Shown here: positions 62,370-64,000 of the stretch, piece by piece
Position numbering within the stretch: position 1 is the stretch's first letter
Layout of the letters: every line of letters starts with the position of its first letter
DNA from: Tubiluchus corallicola
Taxonomy: Eukaryota > Animalia > Priapulida
Assembly: GCA_030141605.1 (NCBI GenBank)
Contig: JAQGDQ010002374.1
Span: 62,001-126,000, forward strand
Direction: 5' to 3'
DNA length: 64,000 bases
The notes under the pieces: model-generated
Told to the model about the DNA's origin: nothing
Seen by the model: only the letters and a program-made list of their open reading frames with translations
Databases searched by the model: none
Translations under genes and position numbers: made by a program

Positions 62370-63874
62370 CTGCAAACAAACCAAAATTAACTTGTAGTAG
62401 GAAACAAAGACGTTTATAAATGGCCAATACCCATGAAGAACGATGGCTCAACCAAAGCTACTTTACAGTGCTTATTTTAGACATCGACAGTTTTAATTAT
62501 TGCAAACAGATCAGTGTGACAGCATTATAAAAAAATCTATAAGGTTGCCTGCTTTTTGTTAATACAGATATACTAGTGATAAGCAAAGCTGGTGAGACAT
62601 CAAAACAAGATCTATCTGTGCATCTCTTTTAAAGAAAATGACTTGGTCCACTAGAAGCGTTAACCTAAACAATTATAACAAATCAGTTATACTAAATATT
62701 TAAAACACAGAAAACCCACCAAATGTTTAACATTTGCAGTTATAATGTTTTCTGATTAGGGCTGCTTAGAGACAATTAGCAACTACCTAGCCATACCTTT
62801 CAGGATCAGGTTATGGATTATCAGTTGCAGATTTAGAGGATGGGTCTAAGAAACCTGCTCCCCTTTCACAGTAGCACTTACAACACATCAAATAAATATT
62901 TTCTCTGGATTATAAGCATTAGAACGATTTGCTAAATCCTAGCAGTGGCTTTACTAAAATTTAATACCTATAAAAATCCTATATCACAAGAGTTCTACTT
63001 TTCAAAACACATGAAATTTAAGTACACCATGTACACTGTATACCACTATATTGCTGAATATTACAATGCTTCCCCAGACCCATTAACTGCCTTTTGTTGG
63101 GCCCACCATTTTTCAAAAGCCAGTATCCGCCCTTGATTATAAACTTACCTACATGTCAGGACAAAATATAAAATATTATTAGTCAAACAGTACAACACTG
63201 TTATATTTTTGCAGACAAAATTTTCTCAGAATACTTCTCCAAGCAATTTAACTTAATTTGGGTACAAAAATGCATATATTTGAGAGTTTTTGTTTGCAGA
63301 CATAACATGACATAGAGAAATGTGGAAATATAGGACTAGAACAGATTGCTAATTGGTAGAAAGAAAAGACCACTTTACTCTGCAGAAATTTTGTCACTAT
63401 GGCTGATAATATGCATAAATTCTTTAAATAATGGGAAGGATGAGTATAAAAATCTACAATGACACCTTCCTTATTTCGGACATTCTTTTTGTCAACAGGG
63501 CTCTTTCAATTTTATTTGAAAACACGATTTGCTGTTTTACTAGAAAATCAGAAATCTACTTAAAGTCCGTCATTCATTACCTGATTATGGACCCTGCCTT
63601 TCCTACATGATGTTCAACATAAAAATTTGCCCTCTTGTTCACAACAGCCATGTCCATCTTAGTCTTATCTATAGCTTCTTTGTTGTTTTGAAGGTAATAG
63701 CTTTTTGGGATTTCCCCTCCATAACAAATCTGAAATATTGCAAAAGAAACACCACAATTAATAAGGCACTTAGTGTATATGAAAAATTAATTGAAAAGTA
63801 TACAAATTATTAAGTAAAACAAACCTTGCAGTTGAAATGATTTAACTGTTTTGACAAATAAAAAGCGAAACATA

Positions 63875-64000
63875 CCGTATATACTCGCATATAAGCCGAA
63901 TTTAGAACTGTAAAATACAATACTGAAATCAGGGGGTCGGCTTATATGCACATGAAACAAAATGAACACAAGGACAGACACTAATGCCAATTTTCCAGCC
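63875..64000. mobile_element. Left end of a pogo/Tigger-like DNA element
   Basis: TA followed by ccgtatatactcgcatataagccga, with an internal inverted copy tcggcttatatgc. Confidence 0.5.

Overview
AT-rich, intron-containing animal (invertebrate-like) genomic DNA with one 306-N assembly gap (16946-17251). From left to right: the last two exons of a ZER1/ZYG11-family gene (+), then a spliced ankyrin-repeat + cGAS-like/Mab-21 nucleotidyltransferase (cGLR) gene (+, about 2441-10778). Its nine internal 99-bp ankyrin repeats are almost invariant at silent sites but hypervariable at predicted ligand-contact codons. A diverged in-frame duplicate of its 3' coding half sits in an intron, and an inverted cGLR pseudogene fragment lies downstream. 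A Ty3/Gypsy 3' remnant and a 5'-truncated BEL/Pao element with an open pol ORF flank the gap. Next come ten exons of a RAD54B gene (+, 23807-57300; 5' exons not found). Its 19.5-kb intron hosts, antisense, a single-exon 3936-aa protein with about 110 C2H2 zinc fingers built from alternating 3- and 4-finger modules. The window ends with the 3' exons of a SEC14L/GOLD-domain gene (-). Several MITEs and LINE remnants are scattered throughout. The two strongest candidates for a new system are the repeat-diversified ANK-cGLR receptor locus and the giant periodic zinc-finger array. All calls are from manual reading and motif recognition; no database searches were run.
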